Shown in pieces: positions 10,995 to 22,269 of a stretch of DNA of 64,000 nt. A program made the position numbers and the translations under genes. The notes under the pieces are model-generated. The model was given only the letters and a program-made list of their open reading frames with translations. It searched no databases and had not been told where the DNA came from. The DNA comes from Mobula hypostoma (taxonomy: Eukaryota). Every line of letters starts with the position of its first letter. Positions within the stretch are counted from its first letter, which is position 1. Where the stretch lies: assembly GCF_963921235.1 (NCBI RefSeq), contig NC_086097.1, positions 93,312,001 to 93,376,000 on the forward strand. The letters are read 5' to 3'.

Positions 10995-13400
10995 ACCTCA
11001 GTGGGCTTAGCCTAGTTTTTTTTTGGTTGAGTTTCTCTCATGCTACACAAGACCATTGCACACTCTCCTGGTGATAATTAGCCAGTCTTCATTTGATAGT
11101 TCCATTCATTCATTCAGCCTGTCGTAATGACTCTGGATAACATGGCTGCATCTCAATAAATAAATAACATGGACAATGGTTATCAATTGGCATTACTCCT
11201 GACATACACTTCTAGTGAAGTGTCTCCCTTGGTCAGAGTCAATGTGGCATGGCAATCCTCATATAGGGATGTAATCCTTGATCAAAGTTTTGCTGTATGT
11301 GTGGCAGTGGCTTTACTTGCTGGAATAGCCTGCATCCACCTCATAAACTCGTCCACTATTACCAGTATGTCTGAGTATCCTCTGGCACTTTGGTAATACA
11401 ATATAATTCACTAGCAGGTACAAAAATGGTTCAGGTGGGGCTGGAGCTTTCAGTTGTGGTACCTTATCCGCTATTCCTGGGTCTGTTTTCTGGCATATCA
11501 TGCATCGTTCCAACTTTTGTGGGGCTTGTGACCTAAACTTTGAATCCCACCACCACAGATCATATCTACAGGTCAGCTTTCTCACTCCATCATGCCCCAA
11601 AGATTGTGCTAGATAAGGAAGCAATCTGTTCAGGGCTACAAGTCTGTGACTAATGCTCCATGCTCTGTTATTGGACAATTTCCCACCATTCCCCATCCAG
11701 AAGCATTTTTCTTCATTAGAATATTAAGCTAGTGTAATGCCCTGGTTAAGATTTCTGCTGCTATGCCATGGGGTAATTTATATTCGCAGCTTTCTGTAAA
11801 AGCAGTGTGCCGTGCTGGAAAGTGTGTTTTGGCTCCAGCTAAGGACGCATGTTGTCCAAATTAGGAACGTGAGTCAATCAAGATTGTGGGGTGTGAGAGA
11901 AAATTCTAGAGAGTTGTGGGGAAGAGTTTTCTGAAGGACAGTAGTCTGGTTTGGGGTCTTTTGGTGGGAACTGCAGAGCAGGACACAAAGGAAGATAGCA
12001 CAGAATGCCATTGAAAGGAGAACCCCCATTGCAAGAAGTGCATTGTGTGGATGAATGACTCCAAGGAGACGGGGCCAATACTGCTGAGAGAACCAGTTCA
12101 TTCAAGACGGTCTTCAAGGGGAATTTGGAATCTGGTAGGTGCTTTCATGCAGACCACGGGTCAAGCACTTGAGTAAGAGATACACCCCTGACTACTCCAG
12201 CATGAGCTCCAACATTATGTGCATATTGGACTGGTTTAACTGTAGTGGGTCCTTTTGTTTCCTTTTTTCTGTAACCGTTAAAGTTGAAAATTTGGTAAAA
12301 ATACTTTCTATGTAATTTTATGCTGGTGTATGATCTGTTATTTCTGGGCTATCAACAACTGCATATGGGTAGCATTTACACAGCGTTCACTCAAATCGAG
12401 GTATCTTTAATCAGAACATCACAATGTTCCTGTTTGGTTGAGCCCAAAATCATTTCAATCCTACACGTATATTGTTTATGAAAGGTGGCCATCTCACTCC
12501 CGAGTCACATGGCTGTTAGCGGAGTTAGCTAATAAGCCAAATCTGTATACAAGCCCCAGTGAGAGGGTTACACTTGCATTTCTCAATTATACTGTATGTG
12601 ATAGAGGACTTAAGTTTGTTTTCAGGACTTTAGTAGTTGGATTCACTTCATTTATTCCTCTAATTACGACACGCGCTGTCCCATTCTCCAATGCATTTCT
12701 GTGGCTTTCATTAGTGCCTTTTACGTTTCAATACAGCCATTTCTGCTGGCAATTGCATAACATCCATGAATTCTTGAATCAACTGGCCATGTTTGATTGC
12801 AGTGAGCAAGGAATGCAGGGAAGGAATTAGTCATTTCTTTGTCCTTGAGACTGTCCAAAAGTTGCCTTTGCTGATGAATAGTTGTTGAAACTGTGCTATC
12901 AAGTCAGGATCTTTTGACACTAGTGGAGTTGGTGGTTGAACCTGTTTCCCTTGACCACCTTGCTTTCTGGCCCTACAGTTTTTAGCCCAAAGTCTAATTT
13001 TACAAAATAGTGATATCCTCCTTTAGTAACTTGCTCTCAATTCTGTCATTGGTGAACGGGTAATCCTGACTGTAATGCTCTTACTCTAAATTCCATGTCT
13101 CGTTCCACCCTGTTAGTGATATCCATTAACTAGTTGTATGAAGTGTTGGGTTTATTCCAGTTTGACTTTGTTAACCTTGGCCACATCTGGCTTCAGGCCG
13201 GCCATAAAGGCAGATCATATAATTCTTAAAATGCATTAGTACGGTTCCAGATCTTTGACCTCCTTTCTGTCTCATCTGGAAAGAATTCAATCCTTAGCCT
13301 TCTCAACATCCTGTACATGACATTAAGTTGTTAAATCCTGGAAATAATGTTGTCCAGAAGTTTTTTCAGAAGTCAAGAATCAGACAAAAATCCTATGATT
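10995..13400 (-). mobile_element. Endogenous retrovirus relic (gag end / RNase H / integrase), internally deleted
   Basis: Minus-strand translation: CMICQK zinc finger, LPKCQ/GYSDILVIVDEFMRW..IDSDQGRHFT and MNGTIK integrase motifs (11000-11520); IKHGQLIQEFMDVMQLPAEMAV RNase H end (12740-12800); SAFM..LKPDVAK and degenerate knuckle WAKNCR (12970-13215). Confidence 0.8.
11733..12572. mobile_element. Solo LTR (Gypsy-like), about 840 bp
   Basis: TGTAATGCCCT...AGAGGGTTACA (TG..CA with short terminal inverted repeat); flanks CTAG and CTTG (4-bp TSD, one mismatch); splits ERV pol. Confidence 0.7.
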
Positions 13401-13406
13401 ACAGGC

Positions 13407-13695
13407 ATTTATTTATTTCATTTGGAAATACAGAATAGAACAAGCCCTCCGAGCCCAACCAGCTGCACTACCCAGCAACCCATCTATTGACCCAAGCCTA
13501 AACACAGGACAATTTGCAGTGACCACATTGACCTGTATGTCTTTAAACTGTGGGTATAAACTGGAGCACCCAGAGGAAACCCACATGCTCATGGGAAGGA
13601 CATACAAACTTCTTACAGACAGCACTCGAAGTAAACTCCAAACTCCAGTGCCCTGAGCTACAGTAGATGCACTAACCACTACACTACCATGTCAC
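13407..13695 (-). mobile_element. V-SINE / HE1-like SINE
   Basis: Minus strand: tRNA-like head, V-domain-like GTTTGTATGTCCTTCCCATGAGCATGTGGGTTTCCTCTGGGTGCTCCAGTTT, CR1-like tail and (TAAA)n. Confidence 0.8.
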
Positions 13696-13964
13696 AGTAA
13701 TATTTTGTTAGACATTTATCATAGTACAGATCAGATAGAATCAGACTGTACCAGCAAGTAGGGCAGACAAGTAACAAAGGAACACATTTCACAATGCACA
13801 AGAGAATCGGAAGGAGGTATACCAACTCCAATAAGGAAGGCAGAATCTATTGATCTGTGATCATTAGATTTTCTCCAGAGAATTCAGCAAGCCTCACTTC
13901 TAGTCCCAGAATCTTCCAAGATCATCCACCAATCAAGAACCACACCATGGAGCAGGAATAGTCA

Positions 13965-14310
13965 TAAAGTCACAGGACACTACAGCACAGAAACAGGCCC
14001 TTCAGCCCATCAAATCTACACTGAACTGTCATTCTGCCTAATCATATCGAGTCACCTGCACCTTAACCCTCCATACCCTACATCCAAGTACTTACCCAGA
14101 CTCCTCTTAAATGTTGCAATTGAATCCACAGCCACCACTCCTGCTGGTTCCACCTCAGAGTAAAGAAATTCCTTCTCGGGTTCCCCTTAAATATTACTCT
14201 TTTCAACCTTTACCTTTGACCTTTAGTTCCAGTCTGACCCAACCTCAGTATACCTCCATCAAATCTCCTCTTATTTGCCTATATTCCGGTAACTTATTCA
14301 ACCTTTCTTA
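13965..14310 (-). mobile_element. CR1 LINE 3' end
   Basis: TACAGCACAGAAACAGGCCCTTCAGCCCA tail similar to 22285-22330. Confidence 0.75.
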
Positions 14311-14314
14311 CCAG

Positions 14315-14670
14315 CACACAAGTACCATCACAAAAAAAAGGCACGACAATGCCTCTACTTCCTTAGAAGTTTGTGTAGATTGAGCATGTCACCTAAAATT
14401 TGACAAACTTCTATAGAGGAAGTGGAGAGTATCCTAACTGGTTGCAGCACAGCCTGGTATGGAAACAGCAAAGCCCAGGAATGGAAAAATCCACAGAAAG
14501 TGGTGGATAGAGACCAGTCCATCACAGGCAAATCCTTTCCCACCATTGAGCACAGTTGCATGCAGTGTTGTCACAAGAAAGCAGCATCCATCATCAAGGA
14601 CCCCAGCCATCCAGGCCATGCTCTCTTCTAGCTACTGCAGAAGCTTTCTTAGGTCCTACACCAGTTCAGG
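14315..14670 (+). mobile_element. Rex1-type LINE fragment
   Basis: ESILTGCSTAWYGN..KKAASIIKDPSHPGH (14422-14631). Confidence 0.8.
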
Positions 14671-17471
14671 CACACCTCCTGTGAAATGGGGGATTTCAGG
14701 TTACCTTTCCCTGTTGACTACATCTGTAGGATCTGCACCCAAATAAACCTCCTGATCGACAAGGTCAAGGAATTGGAGCTGGATACACTCAGGACTACTG
14801 ACAGAAAACTTCACAGATGAGCTTTTTTATAGAAGTGGTCACACCCAGAGTGCTGGCTTGAGATAGGTGACCACTAGGAGAAGTAAGGGGCTTCAGACAG
14901 GTGACCACTAGGAGAAGTAAAGGGGTTAAGCAGTCAGTACAGGGTTCCTGTGTGGCCATTCGCCCCAGCAGCATGCACACTCCATTGGATACTGCTCTGG
15001 TGGTTGACCTATCAGCGCACAGCAGCAGCAGCCAAGTTAGTAACACTGTGGCCAACTCTGAGGCTCAGCAGGGAAGGGAAGGGAAGGGCAGGCAGAGCAG
15101 TAGGGAAGGGAGACGTGATAGTTAGGAGGATGGACAGGAGATTCTCTGGCCGTGAAAAGAGAAGCCAGGATGGTGTGTTGCCTCCCAGGTGCTAGGGTCT
15201 GGGGTATCTCAGAACGAAGATTCTCAAGCAGGAAGGTGAGCAGCCAGAGATCATGGTGCACATTGGCAGCAATGACATAGGTAGAAAAGGTAAAGAGGTC
15301 CTATGCAGTGAGTATGAGGAGTTAGGGAAAGGCTGAAGAACAGGGCCTCCAAGCCAGTAATCCCTGGATCACTCCCAGTGCCACATACTAGTCAGGGCAG
15401 GAATAAGAGGACAGTACAAATGAATGAGTGGCTGAGGAAGTGGGATAAGGGCAGGGTTTCAGATTTCTGGATTATTTGGATCTCTTCTGGGGAAGGTATT
15501 ATATTAACCTGTTCAAAAAGGACAGGTTACATCTGAACCCAAGGGGGATGAATATCCATGCAATCAAGCTTACTTCAGTTGTTGAGGAGGGTTTAGTCTA
15601 AGTTGGCAGGGGTATTCAAGTCGATGCAGTGTGTAGTGAGACTGAGGATGGACAGGCAGATGATAGGGCAAAATTGTGGCCAGTGGGATGAGGTGAAGTG
15701 TAACATGGGGGCAAAAATTGAAAAGGGTGATGAATTCAGGACTGAAGGTGTTAGATTTGAATGCATGCTGTATAAGAAATAAGGTAGAAGATCTTGTAGA
15801 TCAGGTATGATGACATCGTGGGCATCTCTGAAACTTAGCTGAAAGATCATAATTGGGAGCTTAACATTTAAGGATACAACTTTTATCAAAAGGACATGTA
15901 GATAAAAAAATAAAATCAAATCCATAGAAAAGAGGTGATATAGGATTGAAAGATGTAGCATCCTTGTGGGTAGAGTTAAGAAACTGCAAGGGTAAAAAAA
16001 GACCCTACAGGGCGTTTACAGTATATACAGGACCCCAAACAGTGGCCGGGATGCAGGATATAACTTTTAATGGGAAATGGAAAAGGCTTGTAAAAAGGAA
16101 ATGTTACAAAAGTCATGGGGAATTTCATGTATGCATAAAGATTGGGAAATTCAGGTTGGTGCTGGATCCCAAGAGAGTGAATTTGTAGAATGCCTGCAAG
16201 ATGGCTTTTTAGAGCAGTTTGTGGTGGAGCCCACTAGGGGAAAAGGCTTGAGTGTTGTGTAATGCACAGATTTGGTTAGGGAGCTCAAGGTAAAGGAACC
16301 CTTGGGAAACAGTTGTCATAATATGATCGAAATCACCCTGCTGTCTGAGAAGAAGCTAAAGTCAAATGTGTCAGTATTACAGAGGAGTAAAGGGAATTAC
16401 CGAGGCATGAGAAAGGAGCTGGCCAAAGTTGATGGGAAGGGAACATTAGTAGGGATGATGGCAGAACAGCGATGGCTGTAAGTTTCCAGAGCCATCTGGA
16501 TGGTGCAGGATAGATGCGTTCTAAGAAAAAGTAGTGTTTTAAATGGATGATGAGGCAACTGTGGCTGTTAAGGGCAGTTAAAGATAGCATAAAAGCAAAA
16601 GAGAGGGGATATAATATAGCAAATATTAGTGGAAGGTTAGAGGATTGGGAAGCTTTTAAAAACCAACACAGGGCAACTAAAAAGCCATAGGGAGAGAAAT
16701 GACGAAATAGGTAGGTAAATTAGCCAAAAATTTCAAAGGGGATAACAAAAGTATTTTTCAGGTATATAAAGAGTAAAAGATAGGTGAGAGTGGATATTGG
16801 ACCACTGGAAAATTATACTGGAAAGGAAGTAATGAGGAAACAAAGAAATAGCGGGTGAATTTATTAAGTATTTTGTGTCAGTCTTCACTGTGGAAAACAC
16901 TAGCAGTATGCCATAAATTCGAGAATGTCAGGGAGCAGAAGTAAGTATAGTTGCCTTTACCAAAGGGAAGATGCTTGGGGAGCTGAAACATCTGAGATAC
17001 ATCACTGGATCAGATGGACTACACCCCAGGGCTCTGAATGAGGTAGCTGAAAAGATTGTGGAGGCATTAGTAATAATCTCAAAGAAAAAAAATCACCAGA
17101 TTTGGCAATGGCTCTGGAGGTCTGGAAAATTGCAAATGTCATTCCACTCTTTAAGAAAAGATAGAGGGAGAAGAAAGAAAATTATAGTCCAGTTAGCTTG
17201 ATGTCAGTGGTTGGGAAGATGTTAAGAATGACCATTATTAAGGATGAAGATTCTGGGTACTTGGAAGCATGTAACAAAATAGGCCTAAGTCAGCGTGGCT
17301 TCCTTAAGGAGAAATATTAACAGACAAATCTGTTGGAATTCTTTGAGGAAATAACAGGCAGACAAAGGGCAATCAGTGGATGTTTACTTAAATTTCCAGA
17401 TGGACTTTGACAAAGTGCCACACATGAAGCTGGTTAACTAGATAGGAGCACATAGTATTACAGAAAAGATA

Positions 17472-20353
17472 ACCCTTCCAGTTCGTCATCGGGAAGGCGA
17501 CTCCTGCAAGCAGCTCCGAAGGAAACCATCAGATATTCCTATTTCAGTCTGCTACAGCTGAAAACCACAGCTACATCAGTGGTCTGTACAGTTTATCTCA
17601 TTTTAAGGTGACTAAAATATATATTGCTACTTGAAGTTAATGAAATTCAAATGGACTCTGCTCGTTGGCGTGAGTCCCATTTGAGAGAGTGGAAGAGAGG
17701 AATCCGCCCTAGTTTAAAAGTTTGTCTAAGGAAGCGTGGCTTTCAACTCTCAATATCGTCCATCTTGCTGGCAAGTGTACAGTCTCTGGCAAATAAATTC
17801 AAGATGTCAGAGCTAGATTACTGTCTGTGAAAGACAAGAGGTGGAGTATGCTTTATGATCAACTCCCTATGGTGTATAAATGATGTGCTGCTGTCCCAGT
17901 CCTGCTCACCTAACCTGGAACATCTCACAATCTCGTATCGACGACTTCATCTGCCACAGGAGATTACAGTGATCATCTTGGTAGCAGTACATCTCACCCC
18001 AGGTCAGTGTAAAACAGGCTCTAGATGAACTGAGCGATGTAATAAACAGGCATGAAACAATGCACCCTGATGCTGTCCCCATCATTTTGGGGGATTTTAA
18101 ACCAGGCCAGCTTTAAAAAGTCTCTAAATAATTGCTACCAACAACTCACTTGTAGTACCAGAGGAACCAGCACACTGGACCACTGTTACACCACCATCAA
18201 GAGCGCTTACTGTGCTATCCCATGCCCACATTTTAAAAAGTCTTATCACTTGGCTATACATCTACACCGAGTATAGGCAGAGACTGAAGACTGCAGCACC
18301 AATAGTGAGGACAAAGAAGGTATGGACAAGGCGGGCACAGGAGCACTTACAGGACTGCTTTGAACCGGTATACTGACCTGTATTCAGGGATTCATCTTTG
18401 AGTCTGAATGAGTACACCACAGTTTTCACTGACTTCATTAAAATCTGTGTGGATGAGCATGTGCCTAGAGGAACATGCTATACTCACCCAGATCAAAAGT
18501 TACGGATGAACCTGGAGGCTAGATCTGTGGCATTCAAGTCTGGCATGGCAACCCAGGTATGACTTATGGAGTGTTAACTCAAGAGCCAAGGAACAATTCC
18601 AAATGAGGTCGGAGACTGAATCGGATGCATGTCAACTCTGGCAGGGTTTGCAAGCCATTACTTCCTACAAAGTGAAACCTAACATCATGAATGACACTGA
18701 TGTTTCACTCCCAGATGAGCCCAACACCTTTTATGCTCACTTTGAAAGGGAGAATAAAACTACAGCAATGAGGACCCCTGCTGCACCTGGTGACCCTGTG
18801 ATCTCTGTCTCAGAAGCTGATGTCAGACTGTCTTTCAAGAGAGTGAACCCTCGCAAGGTGAAAGGCCCTGACAGAGTACCCGGTAAGGTGCTGAAAACCT
18901 GTGCCAAACAACTGGTGGGGGTGTTAAAACATATTTTCAGTCTCTCCCGACGCTGGCCCCCTGGGCCTGAGTCAACAAAGTAGTAGTTGCTAAAGTCAGA
19001 AGTTCCCACCTGCTTCAAAAGGACAACAATCATACCAGTGCCCAAGAAGAGCAGGGAAGGCTGCCTTAATGACCATCGTCCAGTAGCACTCACATCTACA
19101 GTGATGAAGTGCTTTGAGAGGTTGGTCATTTCTAGAATTAACTCCTGTCTCAGCAAGGACCTGGACCCACTGCAATTTGCCTATTGCCACAATAGGGCGA
19201 CGGTAGATGCAATCTCATTAGTTCTTCACTCTGCCTTGGATCACCTGGATAATACTAATACCCATGTCCTGATGCTGTCTACTGACTACAGCTCAGCATT
19301 TAAACACAATCATTAATTCAGTTCTGATCAAAAGGCTCCAGGACCTGGGCCTCTGTACCTCACTCTGCAGCTGGATCATCGACTTCCTAACCGGACCACC
19401 ACAATCTGTGCGCATTGGAAACATCACCAGTAGCTGACAATTAAACACCGGTGCACCTTAAGGATGTGTGCTTAGCCCACCGCTTTACTCTCTCTATGCC
19501 CACGACTGTGTGGCTAGGCACAGCTCAAATGCCATATATAAATTTGCTGATGATACAACTATTGTAGGCAGAATTTCAGATGGTGACAAGAGTAAGATGC
19601 ATCAGGTAGTTGAAGAGTGTCGCAGCAACAACCTTGTATCAGTGTCAGTAAGACCAAAGAACTGATTGCGGACTTCAGAAAGGGCAAGACGAGGAACACA
19701 TACCAGTCATCAGAGGGATCAGAAGTGGAAAGATTGAGCAACTTCAAGCTCTTGGGTATCAACATCTCTGAGGATCTATCCTGGGTCCAATATATTGATG
19801 CAGCTACAAAGAAAGCACGAGAGCATCTATATTTCATTAGGAATTTGAGGAGATTTGGTATGCTACCAAAGACTAGCAAATTTTTACAGATGTACTGTAT
19901 AGAGCATTTTAAGTGGCTGCATCATCATCTGGTATAGGTGGATGGAGGGCTACTGCACAGATTGAAATAAGCTGTAAGGTCTTGCAGATTTAGTCAGCTC
20001 CATCGTGGGCACTGGCCTCCAGGACATCTTCAAGGAACGATGACTCTAAAAGGCGGCATCCATCATTAAGGGCCCTCATCACCTGGTACATACCCCCTTT
20101 TCATTGCTAACATGAAGAAAGATGTACAGAGCATAAAGGCACACACTCAACAATTCAGGAACAGCTTCTCCCTTCCGCCACCCAATTTCTGAATGGACAT
20201 TGAACCCATGAACACTACCTCACGACTTTGTTTATGTTTTTATTTCTGCACTGCTTAATTCACTTTTCCCTACTGTTATGTATTGCATTGTACTGCTGCT
20301 GCAAAGACAAATTTCATAGCATGTGCCAATGATATTAAAACTGATTGATTCTG
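17472..20353 (+). mobile_element. Near full-length Rex1 LINE (EN+RT), inactivated
   Basis: TRGTSTLDHCYT (EN); [40 protein letters not shown] (RT); AAGATA duplicated at 17466-17471 and 20354-20359. Confidence 0.9.
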
Positions 20354-21025
20354 AAGATACTAGCATGGATAGGAGATTGGCTGATCAGCAGAAAGCGAAG
20401 AGTTGGAATAAAGGATAATGATTCTGTCCGTGAATAATTGTCTTCGCTAACGGCTTTGTGGCTAAGTTTGCAAGACGATGCAAAGTTAGGTATGGGGCAA
20501 GTAGCGTTGAGGACTTGGACAGATTGGGAGAATGGGCAAAGAAGTGGCAGATGGAATATAGAGTAGGGAAGTATATGGTCATGCACTTTGATTGAAGGAA
20601 TAAAGGCACAGACTATTTCCTAAACAGGGAGAATATTCAGAAATCAGAGATGCAAAGGCCTTGGGAATCCTTGTGCAGGATTCCCAAAGGTCAACTTGCA
20701 GGGCAAGTCAGTAGTAAGGAAGGCAAATGCAATGTTAGCATTCATTTCAAGAGGGCTAGAATATAAGAGCAAGGGTGTGTTGCTGAGGCTTTCAAGGCAT
20801 TGGTCAGACTCCACTTGAGGTATTGTCAGCAGTTATGGGCTCCTTAAATAAGGAAAGACATGCTAGCATTGGAGAGAGTCCAGATGGTGCTCAAGAGAAT
20901 GATTCTGGGAATGAAAGTGTTAATGCATGAGGAGGATTTGATCGCTCTGGACCTGCACTCACTGGAGTTTGGAGGAATGAGGGGGTGGATCTCATTGAAA
21001 CCTACTGAATATTGAAAAGGCGAGC

Positions 21026-21092
21026 CCAGAGGTTCCAAGCCTGGGGTCCACAGAGCCCTTGGTTAATGGTAGGGGTCTATGGCATGGTTCCT
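21026..21092. mobile_element. Small hAT/Charlie-type MITE remnant inside CR1
   Basis: CAGAGGTTCCAAGCCTGGGGTCCA start with an internal inverted GGGGTCTATGG; interrupts the CR1 KGLNRV segment. Confidence 0.5.
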
Positions 21093-21115
21093 GGCCTAAA
21101 CAGAGTGAATGTGGA

Positions 21116-21153
21116 ATGTGCCTGTTGCGTTCACCAGCAACTTTGATGTATGT
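21116..21153 (+). mobile_element. 38-bp Penelope terminal fragment
   Basis: CCTGTTGCGTTCACCAGCAACTTTGATGT flanked by a 10-bp duplication TGAATGTGGA (21106-21115, 21154-21163). Confidence 0.7.
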
Positions 21154-21459
21154 TGAATGTGGAGAGGATGTTTCTTATAGTGAGCGAGTCTAGGACCAGA
21201 CAACACAGCTTCAGAATAGAGGGATGTCCATTCAAAACCTAGATGAGAAGGAATTTCTTTGGCCAGATGTTGATGAATCTGTAGAATTCAGTGCCACAGA
21301 TAGCTGTGGAGGGCAAGTCATCGAGTAACTTTAAAGCAGAGGTTGATAGCTTCTTGGTTAGTTAACACATCAAGGGATAATAAATCAGCTTTGATAGAAT
21401 GGCAGAGCAGACTTGATGAGTCAAGTGACCCAGTTCTGCTCTCGTGTCTTATGATCTCA

Positions 21460-22200
21460 TACCCCAAATTTGGCCTCAACAACCTGTTAAATAACTTCAA
21501 TATAACATCCCAATTCTTGAACTCAATAGTTTGATTTATGAAGGCCAACATGTCAAAAGCTCTCTTAACGACCTTATATATATGTGACACCACTTTCAAT
21601 GAATTATGGATCTGTATTCACAGATGTCTTTCTTCTATCGTATACTCAGAGCCCTGACATTCACTAAGTCTTACCCTGGTTTGTCTTTCCATTATGAAAC
21701 ACTTCACACTTGTCTTTATTAAATTCCATCTGCTGTTTTTCAGCCCATTTTTCCAGCTAAGTTAGATTCTGTTGCAAACTATGATAGTATTCCTCCCTGT
21801 CCTCCACGCCCCCAGTCTTGGTGTCGTCCACAGATTTGCTAATGCAGTTTAACGTTTTATCATCCAAATTATTAATACAGATGACAACCAGCTTCTGAGC
21901 CAATGTGATTCCTGCGGCACACCACTAGTCACAGGCTTTCAATTAGAAAGAAGGCCTCTCTGATTTCACTCGCTAAGTCAAAGAGGAATCTAATTTACAA
22001 CTTCATCCTCATTGCCAAGCGACAGAACTTTATGGACCAGCCTCCCCTGTAGGATTTTGTCAAAGACCCTGCTAAAGTCCATGTAGACAATGGCCACTGC
22101 CATTCGTTCATCAACTTTTCTAGTAACAAATCTCATCAGATTGGTTAGACACGACCTACCATGCACAAAGTCATGTAGACTATCCCTAATCCCTGACTCT
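21460..22200 (-). mobile_element. CR1 RT fragment, decayed
   Basis: VVKRAFDMLAFINQTIEFKNWDV..LLRPNL (21318-21599). Confidence 0.85.
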
Positions 22201-22269
22201 TTGGCTTGTTCTTCTTCAAATTAAATGGAATTGATGGCTTTGTGGTTAGGTTTGCAGATGGTGCAAAGA

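Larger units (their letters stand above)
14680..21460 (+). mobile_element. Long decayed CR1 LINE (esterase ORF1 plus ORF2), interrupted by Rex1 and two small insertions
   Basis: ORF1 SGNH-esterase-like GDVIVRRMDRRF, MVCCLPGARV, VHIGSNDIG, DRLHLN; EN/RT pieces FLEQFVVEPTRG, SDGLHPRAL; resumes at 20354 and runs to a CR1 3' tail. Confidence 0.88.

Noticed and set aside
14861..14928. Tandem duplication of about 34 bp
   Set aside because: Simple local duplication inside a dead CR1 ORF1
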